A stretch of DNA of 64,000 nt, from NCBI GenBank assembly GCA_027923505.1, contig BROI01000007.1:372001-436000 (forward strand). The letters are read 5' to 3'. Position 1 is the stretch's first letter. Every line of letters starts with the position of its first letter. Below, piece after piece: positions 36,144 to 46,700 of this stretch. Below the pieces are notes generated by a model. That model ran no database searches and was not told the origin of the DNA. It saw only the letters and a list, made by a program, of their open reading frames with translations. The position numbers and the translations under genes were made by a program. The stretch comes from Mayamaea pseudoterrestris (taxonomy: Eukaryota).

Positions 36144-37112
36144 ATGTCGAATCAGTTTCGCGAAGCCTTCCAGCGCATGGCCAAACAGGCGCAAAAGGCC
36201 GGTGGAAGCGCCGGTGGCGGGGGTGCCGGAGGTCCCAACAAGGCGGCCGCCGCCGCGGCGCGGTCCGTCTTTGCACTGGGCGGCGCGGCCGCCTTGGGCT
36301 ATGGCGCCTACAATAGCGTCTACACGGTGCAGGGAGGTCATCGTGCCGTTGTGTTCAATCGCTTCGTTGGTATGAAGGAGAGTGTCTACGGTGAAGGTTT
36401 GAACTTTAACATTCCATGGGTGGAGCGCCCGATTGTGTACGACATTCGCACCCGACCGGTGAATCTGCAAACTCTGACGGGAAGCAAGGATTTGCAAATG
36501 GTAACGCTCGCGATTCGTGTCTTGCACAAACCCAATGTGAATAACTTGGTCTGGATTTATCAGTTTTTGGGATTGAACTATGACGAACGTGTCTTGCCAA
36601 GCATTATGAACGAGTGTGCCAAAGCAGTCGTTGCTCGATACAATGCGAGCGAGCTCTTGACCAAGCGTGAGCAAGTCAGCAAGGAGATTAGCATGGAACT
36701 TACCAAGCGGGCGCACAATTTCAATATCATTTTGGAGGATGTCGCCATTACGCACTTGGCATTTTCGCCGGAGTATGCTCGCGCTGTGGAGGCTAAGCAA
36801 GTGGCACAGCAAGATGCGAGCCGAGCCAAGTACATTGTATTGGGAGCGCAGCAGGAGAAACTTACGATTATTACCAAGGCGCGCGGAGAAGCCGAGTCTG
36901 CGTCGCTGATTGGTAACGCCGTCCGCAAGAATCCTGGATTCTTGAAGCTGCGTCGGATTGATGCGGCGCGCGACATTGCGGATATTGTCGCTGGATCTGG
37001 CAACAAGGTGTACTTGAACGCCGATACTTTGTTGCTGAACTTGCTCGGAGAAGCGGATGATAAGTTTGAAAAGGGTATTGGATCCAGAGGTAGTGGAAGC
37101 CGATACTTTTAA
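36144..37112 (+). CDS. PHB2: Prohibitin 2
   Basis: V.GGHRAVVFNR, PIVYDIRTRP, TGSKDLQMV, YDERVLPSI, AVEAKQVAQQ. Confidence 0.96.
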   Translation: MSNQFREAFQRMAKQAQKAGGSAGGGGAGGPNKAAAAAARSVFALGGAAALGYGAYNSVYTVQGGHRAVVFNRFVGMKESVYGEGLNFNIPWVERPIVYDIRTRPVNLQTLTGSKDLQMVTLAIRVLHKPNVNNLVWIYQFLGLNYDERVLPSIMNECAKAVVARYNASELLTKREQVSKEISMELTKRAHNFNIILEDVAITHLAFSPEYARAVEAKQVAQQDASRAKYIVLGAQQEKLTIITKARGEAESASLIGNAVRKNPGFLKLRRIDAARDIADIVAGSGNKVYLNADTLLLNLLGEADDKFEKGIGSRGSGSRYF

Positions 37113-37868
37113 ATGCTTGTATATGCGATGGTTGATGCAGACTGTACGAGACGAGTTGTACGATGGTTTGGCCTGAAAGAAACAAGGCAAAAGCATTCTA
37201 TAGGTATTAGAATTGAGTAACTTCACGAGCAAAAGCTAGTACACTCCGATTAGGTTGTAAACCGTTGCAGGTCTGGACCTTTCGAGCTCAGATGGCTGCA
37301 GACCCCTTTGCTTCAAAGCCATCGACACGTCGACATGTTGCTTGACAAATCATATCTCTGCTGGCTGAATCTTATTCTTAACACTCCAGCTGCTACTACT
37401 ACGATAGGTTGGGTTTCTTCATGGGTACCTGTATGAGCCAGTTTGCCAAGTGATTCGAAATGCAGGCCCAATCCCCTGCGTGACAATTGGTGCCCAGTCA
37501 GAGGGCTTCTGACACAGAATGGAACACTAAACTTATAGATTTTGTTGAAATTGTAGCGTGTAATTGCGTACAGTAATTGCATGAGCATAGAGCATAACCT
37601 TCTTGTAGTTTGCAAGCCGCCGCATAGCTAAACCTCTCTCTGTCGAAAGCGGCAAGCAAACGATCACACGACTCTTGTACAACTACGTGGACGCGACGCT
37701 CGCTTTGGCCCATAACTTACCAAACGGTTCGCAGATATGAAAGGATTGCGCGTACAGTACTTTTATATCAGATCACTTTGTCGTGCAAAAGGCTGAATCG
37801 AACAGCTAGGCCGTCAAGCCTCAACGGAACTGAAGTCCGTCCCCACCACCAGGCAGGTTCATTTGCAC

Positions 37869-37875
37869 AAAAAAA
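37869..37875 (-). terminator. Pol III-type oligo(T) terminator for the RNase P-type RNA
   Basis: A7 on the + strand (T7 on the - strand) about 14 nt past the predicted P1 3' strand. Confidence 0.55.
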
Positions 37876-37888
37876 GGTGACAAACCCC

Positions 37889-38130
37889 AGAGAGAGGAAG
37901 CAGGAGTAATCCGCGTTGTGTTAAAAGGCATAACTTTGCTACAATGGCAGCGCCCTAGCTCAATGGCTCGTGTCATCACCGTAATCGGCTCTGGACGCTG
38001 GAACGCCTTGCGGCGCCGGTTTCTCAACCCTTGCATTCGCGGAATTTCCCCAAGAAGCTAAATGTCCTCGGCCTCGAGAGGCGGGACGCTCCTCGTACGC
38101 CATGGTGAAAGTGTTCTCTGTCCTCCCTCC
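37889..38130 (-). ncRNA. Nuclear RNase P-type RNA (RNase P/MRP family), ~240 nt
   Basis: Minus strand: CR-I GGGAAATTCCGCG pairs with CR-V ACACAACGCGGATTAC (P4); P1 ggagggaggacag/ctgcttcctctct; P2 actttcaccatggc/gccattgtagcaaagt; P3 gaggagc..gtcc..gcctc-tc-gaggc..ggac..gcttctt; P8 ggtt-GAGA-aacc; P9 cgcc-GCAA-ggcg; T7 run just downstream. Confidence 0.75.
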
Positions 38131-38300
38131 AAGATTTGTGGGAGCGAGTTGCGGTTTCATCAGAAACGGATGGTTCTCCGACCGAGTCTCACCAGTTCTC
38201 ACTGCGACACGAGCTGACTTTTCCGATGAGTCATCATCGGTTCGTCGAGCCGCTATGAATATGTTGCCCATCTATCAATGCTGTCCCTGTTGATAGCATC

Positions 38301-40208
38301 ATGATACGTAAAGGAGAGTGCGTAAAGACATTCGAGTACTTAAGAATCTTTCCATTGTTCATTGAGAATGACGATGCATCATGGCGCAACTTGCCTCAAT
38401 GGGAAACCGTGTCGGAACAAATGCCAGCAACTTCTTGCCGGCCATTGACAAAATTTCAAGCCATGCTTGGCCAAGAGCTTGCCAAATCAAGTCCAGACTT
38501 TGTGCTGGTTGCTTATTTGCAGATCTGCATGGAAAATGATACAAATCTTCTGCCAGAGTTGTTAAAGTCTGTCGACAATGATAAGCAATCGACACCTAAT
38601 CGACTTGATCTCGAAAGGGACGAATCGCTGCACAGTCTCAATCGAACAAGTCGCCACTGGAAGCAATGTCGTATCCGCGATCAAATGACGATATACCAAT
38701 GGACCCGCCTGTATCTATGGATCTCTGGACGAATCCATGTCATTTCCGTCGACCATCCAATGCATCTTTACGCCTCACAATGCCTACCTCGGCTTGATGC
38801 GAATGAACGCCAGCAAGTTATCAAGCAACTAGATTTGACTCCTACGACATCAATGCTCGGAATCATGAAGCAAATTCAAGACCGACATCCGCCCGTTCGT
38901 TTGTTTGCTGTCCTACTGGATAAACCATGTTTCCTTCGACACTCGTGCATTGCAAATGCGACGTTGGAATGGCAAATAAATCAGATTGACGCAAACAAGG
39001 CAGGCACGATTTCCTTGACAGCCTTGTATGACATTGAGTTTCTCAACGATTTAACAATCAACTACATTGCCAATAAAATGGATCATGACGAGGTCAATGA
39101 TTACGAAGATCGCCTGCGAGCATTGGAGGCGCGAACAGGATCGTCCTGCGACTGCCCCAAGTGTCGGTACCAAATGATGAATGAATTTGCCACCTTGGAC
39201 TTGGCGGATCGACTCGCACTGGCGCGCTACTACTTGACGAATGGCTCGCTTCAAGTCGCCAAGGAGCTGTATCAAAATGTGCTTGAAATTGAACCAGATT
39301 ATATGGATGCGTGGCATGCGCTGGGTGCCATTGAGTTGAGTCAAAAGAATTTCCTAGAGGCACAGCGAACGTGGGCGCAGGCTATAGAAAGATATCCGAA
39401 GCAGTGCTCACAGCATTCTGGTATGGCTCTGCAGGCCGACAAGCTGCGAGCCTATTGCTATCTGGACGATTGCAACTCGTCGTCGCGGTTTGCGGTAACG
39501 AATGCCGGTGCAAACAAATCACCAACAATATCAACATCTTTTCAAATGTTGCTGCCCGGCGTATATGTCAGTCGCATGCTCGACAAGAGCATATGCCAGC
39601 AAATTTTGGCATGGTCTCAATGTAACGGCACCATGTGGACGCAGAACCGACATTATGCAGTTCCAACATACGATATACCCGTCCACACTGTTCCTCTCTT
39701 GTTGAAGTGGTTTCAAACTTGGTTTATTCACGATATGCGTTCGTTGCTGGCTCGTCAGTTTGGTACTTCCGTGAATTACTTTGTCCACGATGCCTTTGTG
39801 GTCAAGTATGAAGCTTCGTCAACATCCAACTATCTGCCACTCCATATGGACGAGTCAACTCACTCCTTGGTGGTGGCACTCAATGATCCCAACGAGTATA
39901 TTGGGGGAGGCACCTACTTTGCGGAGACTGATACGACGCAGCGAGCGGCCTTGGGCGAGGTGCTAAGCTTTCGCGGCGACCAAGTGCTGCACGGCGGTGA
40001 AGCTGTAATAAAAGGAACAAGGTACATACTGGCCGTCTTTTTGTATCATGACGATGATGGAAACGAGCTACTAGTCAACGCTAATAGCTCCGCTAAACCT
40101 ACGGGTGGCTCAATGAAAAGAGAGCGGAACGAGACGAGAATTGGAAATGTCATTCGAGAGTCCAAGGCGCAGAAGGTTGACTTTAGTTTTGGCTTTACGC
40201 CAGAATAA
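38301..40208 (+). CDS. Fusion of SET-like, TPR and 2OG-Fe(II) oxygenase (prolyl/lysyl hydroxylase-like) domains
   Basis: FLRHSCIANA..ALYDI..LTINYI..CDCPKC (SET/post-SET); YQNVLEIEPDYMDAWHALG (TPR); AFVVKY..LPLHMD..GGGTYF..HGG..V..GTRYILAVF. Confidence 0.8.
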   Translation: MIRKGECVKTFEYLRIFPLFIENDDASWRNLPQWETVSEQMPATSCRPLTKFQAMLGQELAKSSPDFVLVAYLQICMENDTNLLPELLKSVDNDKQSTPNRLDLERDESLHSLNRTSRHWKQCRIRDQMTIYQWTRLYLWISGRIHVISVDHPMHLYASQCLPRLDANERQQVIKQLDLTPTTSMLGIMKQIQDRHPPVRLFAVLLDKPCFLRHSCIANATLEWQINQIDANKAGTISLTALYDIEFLNDLTINYIANKMDHDEVNDYEDRLRALEARTGSSCDCPKCRYQMMNEFATLDLADRLALARYYLTNGSLQVAKELYQNVLEIEPDYMDAWHALGAIELSQKNFLEAQRTWAQAIERYPKQCSQHSGMALQADKLRAYCYLDDCNSSSRFAVTNAGANKSPTISTSFQMLLPGVYVSRMLDKSICQQILAWSQCNGTMWTQNRHYAVPTYDIPVHTVPLLLKWFQTWFIHDMRSLLARQFGTSVNYFVHDAFVVKYEASSTSNYLPLHMDESTHSLVVALNDPNEYIGGGTYFAETDTTQRAALGEVLSFRGDQVLHGGEAVIKGTRYILAVFLYHDDDGNELLVNANSSAKPTGGSMKRERNETRIGNVIRESKAQKVDFSFGFTPE

Positions 40209-40301
40209 AGGATAATGCGCTACTTGTATAGTATATTTTCCAATGCACTCCAAGTAAAGATAAAATAGATCAAATACATACTACTAGATGATGACTACGA
40301 C

Positions 40302-40688
40302 TTACTCTGGAATGGAACGATGAAAGTGAACATTCTTCCACTGTCCGTCAATGCACTGCCAAACTCTCGTCTCCTCGGCGTAGCTAGTCGTCGCAGCCTT
40401 GGACGAAGGATCAATCTTTTGCGTCAAGCGCACGTAGGAAACAACTCCAGCGTCGCTGCCAAGCATGCGAACGTGTGGTCGAACCATGGTAGTGTTGCGT
40501 GAGCTGCGATCAGCCGCAAACTGAAAGTAGTACTCATGAAAAGCAATCCCCTCGACAAGGTAACCTTCCGCTTCCGGTTCAAAGCAAGTGATGGAGTCAT
40601 CGACGAGCGTCTTGTACTTGTGAAGATCCTTGGCTTCAATGGCTAGCAGGAGCTCGTGAGTGAGGGCAATGAGGTCGGGAGTGGGCAT
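40302..40688 (-). CDS. Stand-alone CaMKII association-domain (NTF2/SnoaL-like) protein
   Basis: LL.AI...D...Y..L.D.SITCFEPEA.G.LVEG..FH.YYF, PHVRMLG, YVRLTQ, EETRVW....G.WKNVHFHRS. Confidence 0.9.
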   Translation of the reverse strand: MPTPDLIALTHELLLAIEAKDLHKYKTLVDDSITCFEPEAEGYLVEGIAFHEYYFQFAADRSSRNTTMVRPHVRMLGSDAGVVSYVRLTQKIDPSSKAATTSYAEETRVWQCIDGQWKNVHFHRSIPE

Positions 40689-40950
40689 GGTGCTTGTCCG
40701 TTCAGGAAGATCTACAGATATACGCTTTTCTTGCTTTCAATTGCGAGCTGCCCTGCAGGGGTGGTTGAATTTTAATGGATATATTGCTCTTCAAATTATT
40801 TGCAAAAGATCGTCAAGCCATCGCCTAACAGAAACAGTGCGACATTATGACTTTTTGTGTGACAACGTGACGACGACGCGCGCCTCGTCGCTCACTGCGT
40901 CGTATACTACGCTGTAATACTTTTGGTCCCTCCAGCCTTATGCAACCACA

Positions 40951-42495
40951 ATGGTGAGCACCCGACAATCATTGACATCCCAAAGACAGCAACGGCATGA
41001 CCGATGCAAGTGCCGATACCTCGTGGTGTTTGTGACAGCTGTAGTGCTCATCGTCTACTCGGCGACAATGTGGGCGTTCGTCTCGGTCCGTGGCGAATCC
41101 AGGGAGATGGATAACATCATACTGCAGGTGCCACAAAACGAGTTGCCTCGAAAGCCATTGAATCGTCAGCAGCAGGTAGAAAAGCCATCGGTTGCTACTA
41201 AAAGGACGAGCAGTAAATTGGAGAAGCGACAGGGAGCAAGAGGAAGCACATCGAAGCAAGCGCCAGCTGAATCGAAAGACGACGAGCCTTTATCACAACA
41301 ATCTAAGCCAGATCCTAATACATCGAAAGAGGAGCAGCGTCTGACGTCAAGAGTAAAGCCTGAGCGATTACCTGTACGCTTCATGAATCGGACGAATATC
41401 ATTCAAAGGGTAGCAAATGACGTAACTCTACCAATCGAGATAAATGAACCAGAAGCAAACGTCCTTCCTGTTACAGACACAGGAGTTCAGCTAAATGACG
41501 CACAAAATACGTCGCTGCCATTCAAAGTCACAATCGCACACAAGATGCGTAACGATTTGATGGGTTCCTTCGTCGCCCCCACCGTGTATCTTCTGGCTGT
41601 TGCTCGACACTACAACTACAACCTTGTCATTCTTCCCTTTCTAGGAAGCATTCACGAAAAGTACTTGAAGATGCTTATCGGACTTGGAGATAAGATAGAC
41701 ACATCATGGGGAACAGGCTTTCAGGATGCTAGTCATCGCAAGGACTACGATCCTGTCGAGTTGAACGCCCGCATTCACGAGACCATGGGATTCTTTCCGC
41801 CCATTTCCAATTCATCGGTTCGCCAATACCCATGGATCAAGTTGACCAACATTCCAACACCGCAAAACATGACTCGGGCGTGTGGGCCGAACGCAACGAA
41901 ATCCGGTCATTGCTACATCAAGCTGCCCGACAATCCACATTATATTCAAGAATATATGATGCACAATGAAGGGTGCGACGCCTATTTCCCACCCGAGTTT
42001 CGAAAATATATGCGAGACTCGTTTCTCAGAGACAAGCCTGGTCCAAGTTTCTTTGCCAAGGACGCCTACAATATTGCCATGCATGTACGACGAGGCGACA
42101 TACTTGATCCTGCTCGCTGGATACACCAGCCAGTTTATGCAGCCCTTGCTCGACGAATATGTAAGGAGCACGCGAATGCAATGGTGCACGTCTTTTCGTC
42201 TGGTCCCAACCGGGACGGAAACTGGAGCGTTTTGGAAGAAGTCTCGGACGTTTGCACCAATGTGTCCTTCCACCTGAATGACCACGAAATTGATGCGTGG
42301 GTGCACATGGTGTCAGCCGATGCACTCATCATGTCCAAGAGCAGCTTTAGCGCCATTCCTGCCTTGATTTGTCAGGGCGACGTATACTTTCCTCGCGATT
42401 ATTGGCACATACGATTATCATCATTTCGCGTCTTTGACACAAATACTGGAGACCTGGTGGCGTCGCAGCTGAAACAGCATCATGGTGGACAGTGA
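40951..42495 (+). CDS. Type II membrane glycosyltransferase, fucosyltransferase-like (GT11/GT23-type motifs)
   Basis: N-terminal TM and stem; IAMHVRRGD; HMVSADALIMSKSSFS. Confidence 0.75.
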   Translation: MVSTRQSLTSQRQQRHDRCKCRYLVVFVTAVVLIVYSATMWAFVSVRGESREMDNIILQVPQNELPRKPLNRQQQVEKPSVATKRTSSKLEKRQGARGSTSKQAPAESKDDEPLSQQSKPDPNTSKEEQRLTSRVKPERLPVRFMNRTNIIQRVANDVTLPIEINEPEANVLPVTDTGVQLNDAQNTSLPFKVTIAHKMRNDLMGSFVAPTVYLLAVARHYNYNLVILPFLGSIHEKYLKMLIGLGDKIDTSWGTGFQDASHRKDYDPVELNARIHETMGFFPPISNSSVRQYPWIKLTNIPTPQNMTRACGPNATKSGHCYIKLPDNPHYIQEYMMHNEGCDAYFPPEFRKYMRDSFLRDKPGPSFFAKDAYNIAMHVRRGDILDPARWIHQPVYAALARRICKEHANAMVHVFSSGPNRDGNWSVLEEVSDVCTNVSFHLNDHEIDAWVHMVSADALIMSKSSFSAIPALICQGDVYFPRDYWHIRLSSFRVFDTNTGDLVASQLKQHHGGQ

Positions 42496-42529
42496 GCAAG
42501 TCAATCCAACCCAATGTTTGCGCTATGTC

Positions 42530-42631
42530 TGTGGAAGCTATATAAATATGTATAATATGTTCAAAAGCCAAAGTATAGTGTGGAAGCTATATAAATATGT
42601 ATATAATATGTTCAAAAGCCAAAATATAGTG
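42530..42631. repeat. AT-rich tandem duplication, ~50 bp x2
   Basis: tgtggaagctatataaatatgt...ttcaaaagccaaa at 42530 and 42579. Confidence 0.9.
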
Positions 42632-42651
42632 GCGCTGCAACTCAAATTCTG

Positions 42652-42932
42652 CCCCAAACTATGGAATCATACCACTACAATGCCCTGTGCCCTGGCCACC
42701 CAACAACCCAATGAGTCAGGCAAAACATGTCCAGGGTGTGCCATTGACATGAGGATGGTCTGAAATGGTGCAAAACGGACTGCCTGGAGGCCTACACCAT
42801 GGAATGGTCTGCAGGCTGGGTGTGGCCAACACCCCAAATTATGGAATCATACCACTACAATGCCCCGTGCCCTGGCCACCCAACAACCCAATGAGTCAGG
42901 CAAAACATGTCCAGGGTGTGCCATTGACATGA
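42652..42932. repeat. Direct repeat with 180-bp period (~1.5 copies)
   Basis: ccccaaa.tatggaatcataccactacaatgccc...ccattgacatga at 42652 and 42832. Confidence 0.9.
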
Positions 42933-43752
42933 TCAGTCAAACAAGCCACTGCTGTCCTGCCATGGTTGTGGAAGGGTGCCATGACACAGTATAGTCTCCA
43001 TTTCATTGTTTTATGAACCATAAAATGATGGGCCTAGCCATTGTTCCTGCTATATGCCACTTGCTCTGGCACCCACAAGCACTTGGAATGATCCATTCTT
43101 GCGCAAAACCCAAACATATATGTAAGTGACTGTTCTACATGCCAATAATGGATTTCAGGCACCAAGCTCTGGCCAAGCTCTGGCCAATGCTCCAGAGACT
43201 GTGTGAAAACAAACACACCGGTTGACTGCCAAACACCAACCAGGCTCCCACCACTTGCTGAAGGAGGCTTCAGTGCATCATTGATCAGTCAAACAAGCCG
43301 ATGCTGTCCTGCCATGGTTGTGGAAGGGCGCCATGGATTGGTATAGTCTCCATTTCATTGTTTTATGAAACATAAAATGATGGGCCTAGCCATTGTTCCT
43401 GCTATATGCCACTTGCTCTGGCTCCCACAAGCACATGGAATGATCCATTCTTGCGCAGAAATCCAAAATATAAATGTTAGTGACTGTTCTACACGCCAAT
43501 AATGGATTTCAGGCACCTAGCTCTGGCCAAGCTCTAGCAAATGCTCCAGAGATTGTGTGAAAATAAACACACCAGTTGACTGCCAAACACCAACCAGGCT
43601 TCCACCACTTGCTGAAGGAGGCTTCAGTGCAACATTGATCAGTCAAACAAGCCACTGCTGGTGGAAGGGCGCCATGGATTGGTATAGTCTCCATATCATT
43701 TGTTTTATGAACCATAAAATGATGTTCCTGCTATATGCCACTTGCTCTGGCA
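42930..43752. repeat. Tandem repeat with ~353-bp period (~2.3 copies), CpG-poor
   Basis: tgatcagtcaaacaagcc at 42930, 43282 and 43636, with collinear downstream sequence. Confidence 0.9.
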
Positions 43753-43755
43753 CAC

Positions 43756-46700
43756 GTTGGCACCATTCTGGTGTATTTTAGGCACCTACCGGGCTTGCTG
43801 TAGGGGCGTTTGAATGTCACGGCATCTGCGGGCTGAGACTGGTGACAAGTTGTCACCAAATACATTGCCATCCCCTGAGACACCAGTCAAGCCTACCATC
43901 TTGTAGCGCAGCCTGAATAGGGATGTTGGCAATCTTCCGGTGTATTTTGGGCACCTACAGGGCTTGCTGTAGGGGTGTTTGAATGTCACGGCATCTGTGG
44001 GCTGAGACTGGTGACAAGTTGTCACCAAAGACATTGCCATCCCCTGAGATACCAGCCAAGCCTACCATCTTGTTGCGCAGCCTGAATAAGGATGTTGGCA
44101 CCATTCTGGTGTAAGTTAGGCACCTACAGGGCTTGCTGTAGGGGCATTTGAATGTCATGGCATCTGTGGGCTGAGACTGGTGACAAGTTGTCACCAAATA
44201 CATTGCCATCCCCTGAGACACCAGCCAAGCCTACCATCTTGTAGCGCAGCCTGATTAATGATGTTGGCACCATTCTGGTGTATTTTGGGCACCTACAGGG
44301 CTTGCTGTAGGGGCGTTTGAATGTCGCGGCATCTGCGGGCTGAGACCGGTGACAAGTTGTCACCAAATACATTGCCATCCCCTGAGACACCAGTCAAGCC
44401 AACCATCTTGTAGCGCAGCCTAAATAATGATGTTGGCACCATTCTGGTGTATTTTGGGCACCTACAGGGCTTGCTGTAGGGGCATTTGAATGTCAGGGCA
44501 TCTGCGGGCTGAGACTGGTGACAAGTTGTCACCAAATACATTGCCATCCCCTGAGACACCAGTCAAGCCTACCATCTTGTAGCGCAGCCTGAATAATGAT
44601 GTTGGCACCATTCTGGTGTATTTTGGTCACCTACAGGGCTTGCTGTAGGGGCATTTGAATGTCAGGGCATCTGCGGGCTGAGACTGGTGACAGGTTGTCA
44701 CCAAATACATTGCCATCCCCTGAGACACCAGCCAAGCCTACCATCTTCTAGCGCAGCCCGATTAATGATGTTGGCACCATTCTGGTGTATTTTGGGCACC
44801 AACAGGGCTTGCTGTAGGGGCATTTGAATGTTGCGGCATCTGCGGGCTGAGACTGGTGACAAGTTGTCACCAAATACATTGCCATCCCCTGAGACACCAG
44901 CCAAGCCTACCATCTTGTTGCGCAGCCTGAATAATGATGTTGGCACCATTCTGGTGTATTTTGGGCACCTACAGGGCTTGCTGTAGGGGCGTTTGAATGT
45001 CACGGCATCTGCGGGCTGAGACTGGTGACAAGTTGTCACCAAATACATTGCCATCCCCTGAGACACCAGGCAAGCCTATCATCTTGTAGCGCAGCCTGAA
45101 TAATGATGTTGGCACCATTCTGGTGTATTTTGGGCACCTACAGGGCTTGCTGTAGGGGCGTTTGAATGTCACGGCATCTGCGGGCTGAGACTGGTGACAA
45201 GTTGTCACCAAATACATTGCCATCCCCTGAGATACCAGCCAAGCCTACCATCGTGTAGCGCAGCCTGAATAATGATGTTGGCACCATTCTGGTGTATTTT
45301 GGGCACCCACAGGGCTTGCTGAAGGGGCGTTTGAATGTCACAGCATCTGCGGGCTGAGACTGGTGACAAGTTGTCACCAAATACATTGCCATCCCCTGAG
45401 ACACCAGTCAAGCCTACCATCTTGTAGCGCAGCCTGAATAATGATGTTGTCACCATTCTGGTGTATTTTGGGCACCTACAGGGCTTGCTGTAGGGGCGTT
45501 TGAATGTCACGGCATCTGCGACTGAGTCTGGTGACAAGTTGTCACCAAATACATTGCCATCCCCTGAGACATAAGCCAAGCCTACCTTCGTGTAGCGTAG
45601 CCTGCATAATGATGTTGGCACCATTCTGGTGTAATTTGGGCACCTGCAGGGCCTGCTGTAGGGGCGTTTGAATGTCGCGGCATCTGCGGGCTGTGACTGG
45701 TGACAAGTTGTCACCAAATACATTGCCATCCCCTGAGACACCAGGCAAGCCTACCAATCTGTCGCGCAGCCTGCAAAATGATGTTGGCACCATTCTGGTG
45801 TATTTGGGCACCTACAGGGCTTGCTGTAGGGGTGTTTGAATGTCACGGCATCTGCGGGCTGAGACTGGTGACAAGTTGTCACCAAATACATTGCCATCCC
45901 CTGAGACACCAGCCAAGCCTACCATCTTGTAGCGCAGCCTGAATAATGATGTTGGCACCATTGTGGTGTATTTTGGGCACCTACAGGGCTTGCTGTAGGG
46001 GTGTTTAAATGTCAGGGCATCTGCGGGCTGAGACTGGTGACAAGTTGTCACCAAAGACATTGCCATCCCCTGAGACACAAGCCAAGCCTACCATCGTGTA
46101 GCGCTGCCTGAATAATGATGTTGGCACCATTCTGGTGTATTTTGGGCACCTACAGGGCTTGCTGTAGGGGCGTTTGAATGTCACAGCATCTGCGGGCTGA
46201 GACTGGTGACAAGTTGTCACCAAATACATTGCCATCCCCTGAGACACCAGTCAAGCCATCCATCTTGTAGCGCAGCCTGAATAATGATGTTGGCACCATT
46301 CTGGTGTATTTTGGGCACCTACAGGGCTTGCTGTAGGGGCGTTTGAATGTCGCGGCATCTGTGGGCTGAGACTGGTGACAAGTTGTCACCAAATACATTG
46401 CCATCCCCTGAGATACCAGCCAAGCCTACCATCTTGTAGCGCAGCCTGATTAATGATGTTGACAACATTCGGGTGTATTTTGGGCACCTACAGGGCTTGC
46501 TGTAGGGGCGTTTGAATGTCGCGGCATCTGCTGGCTGAGACTGGTGACAAGTTGTCACCAAATACATTGCCATCCCCTGAGACACCAGTCAAGCCTACCA
46601 TCTTGTAGCACAGCCTGATTAATGATGTTGGCACCATTCTGGTGTATTTTGGGCACCTACAGGGCTTGCTGTAGGGGCGTTTGAATGTCGCGGCATCTGC

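Noticed and set aside
36111..37232. 373-aa ORF antisense to PHB2
   Set aside because: Shadow ORF of a conserved gene; no motifs
37313..37713. Short minus-strand ORFs downstream of the RNase P-type RNA
   Set aside because: No homology cues or convincing splice model
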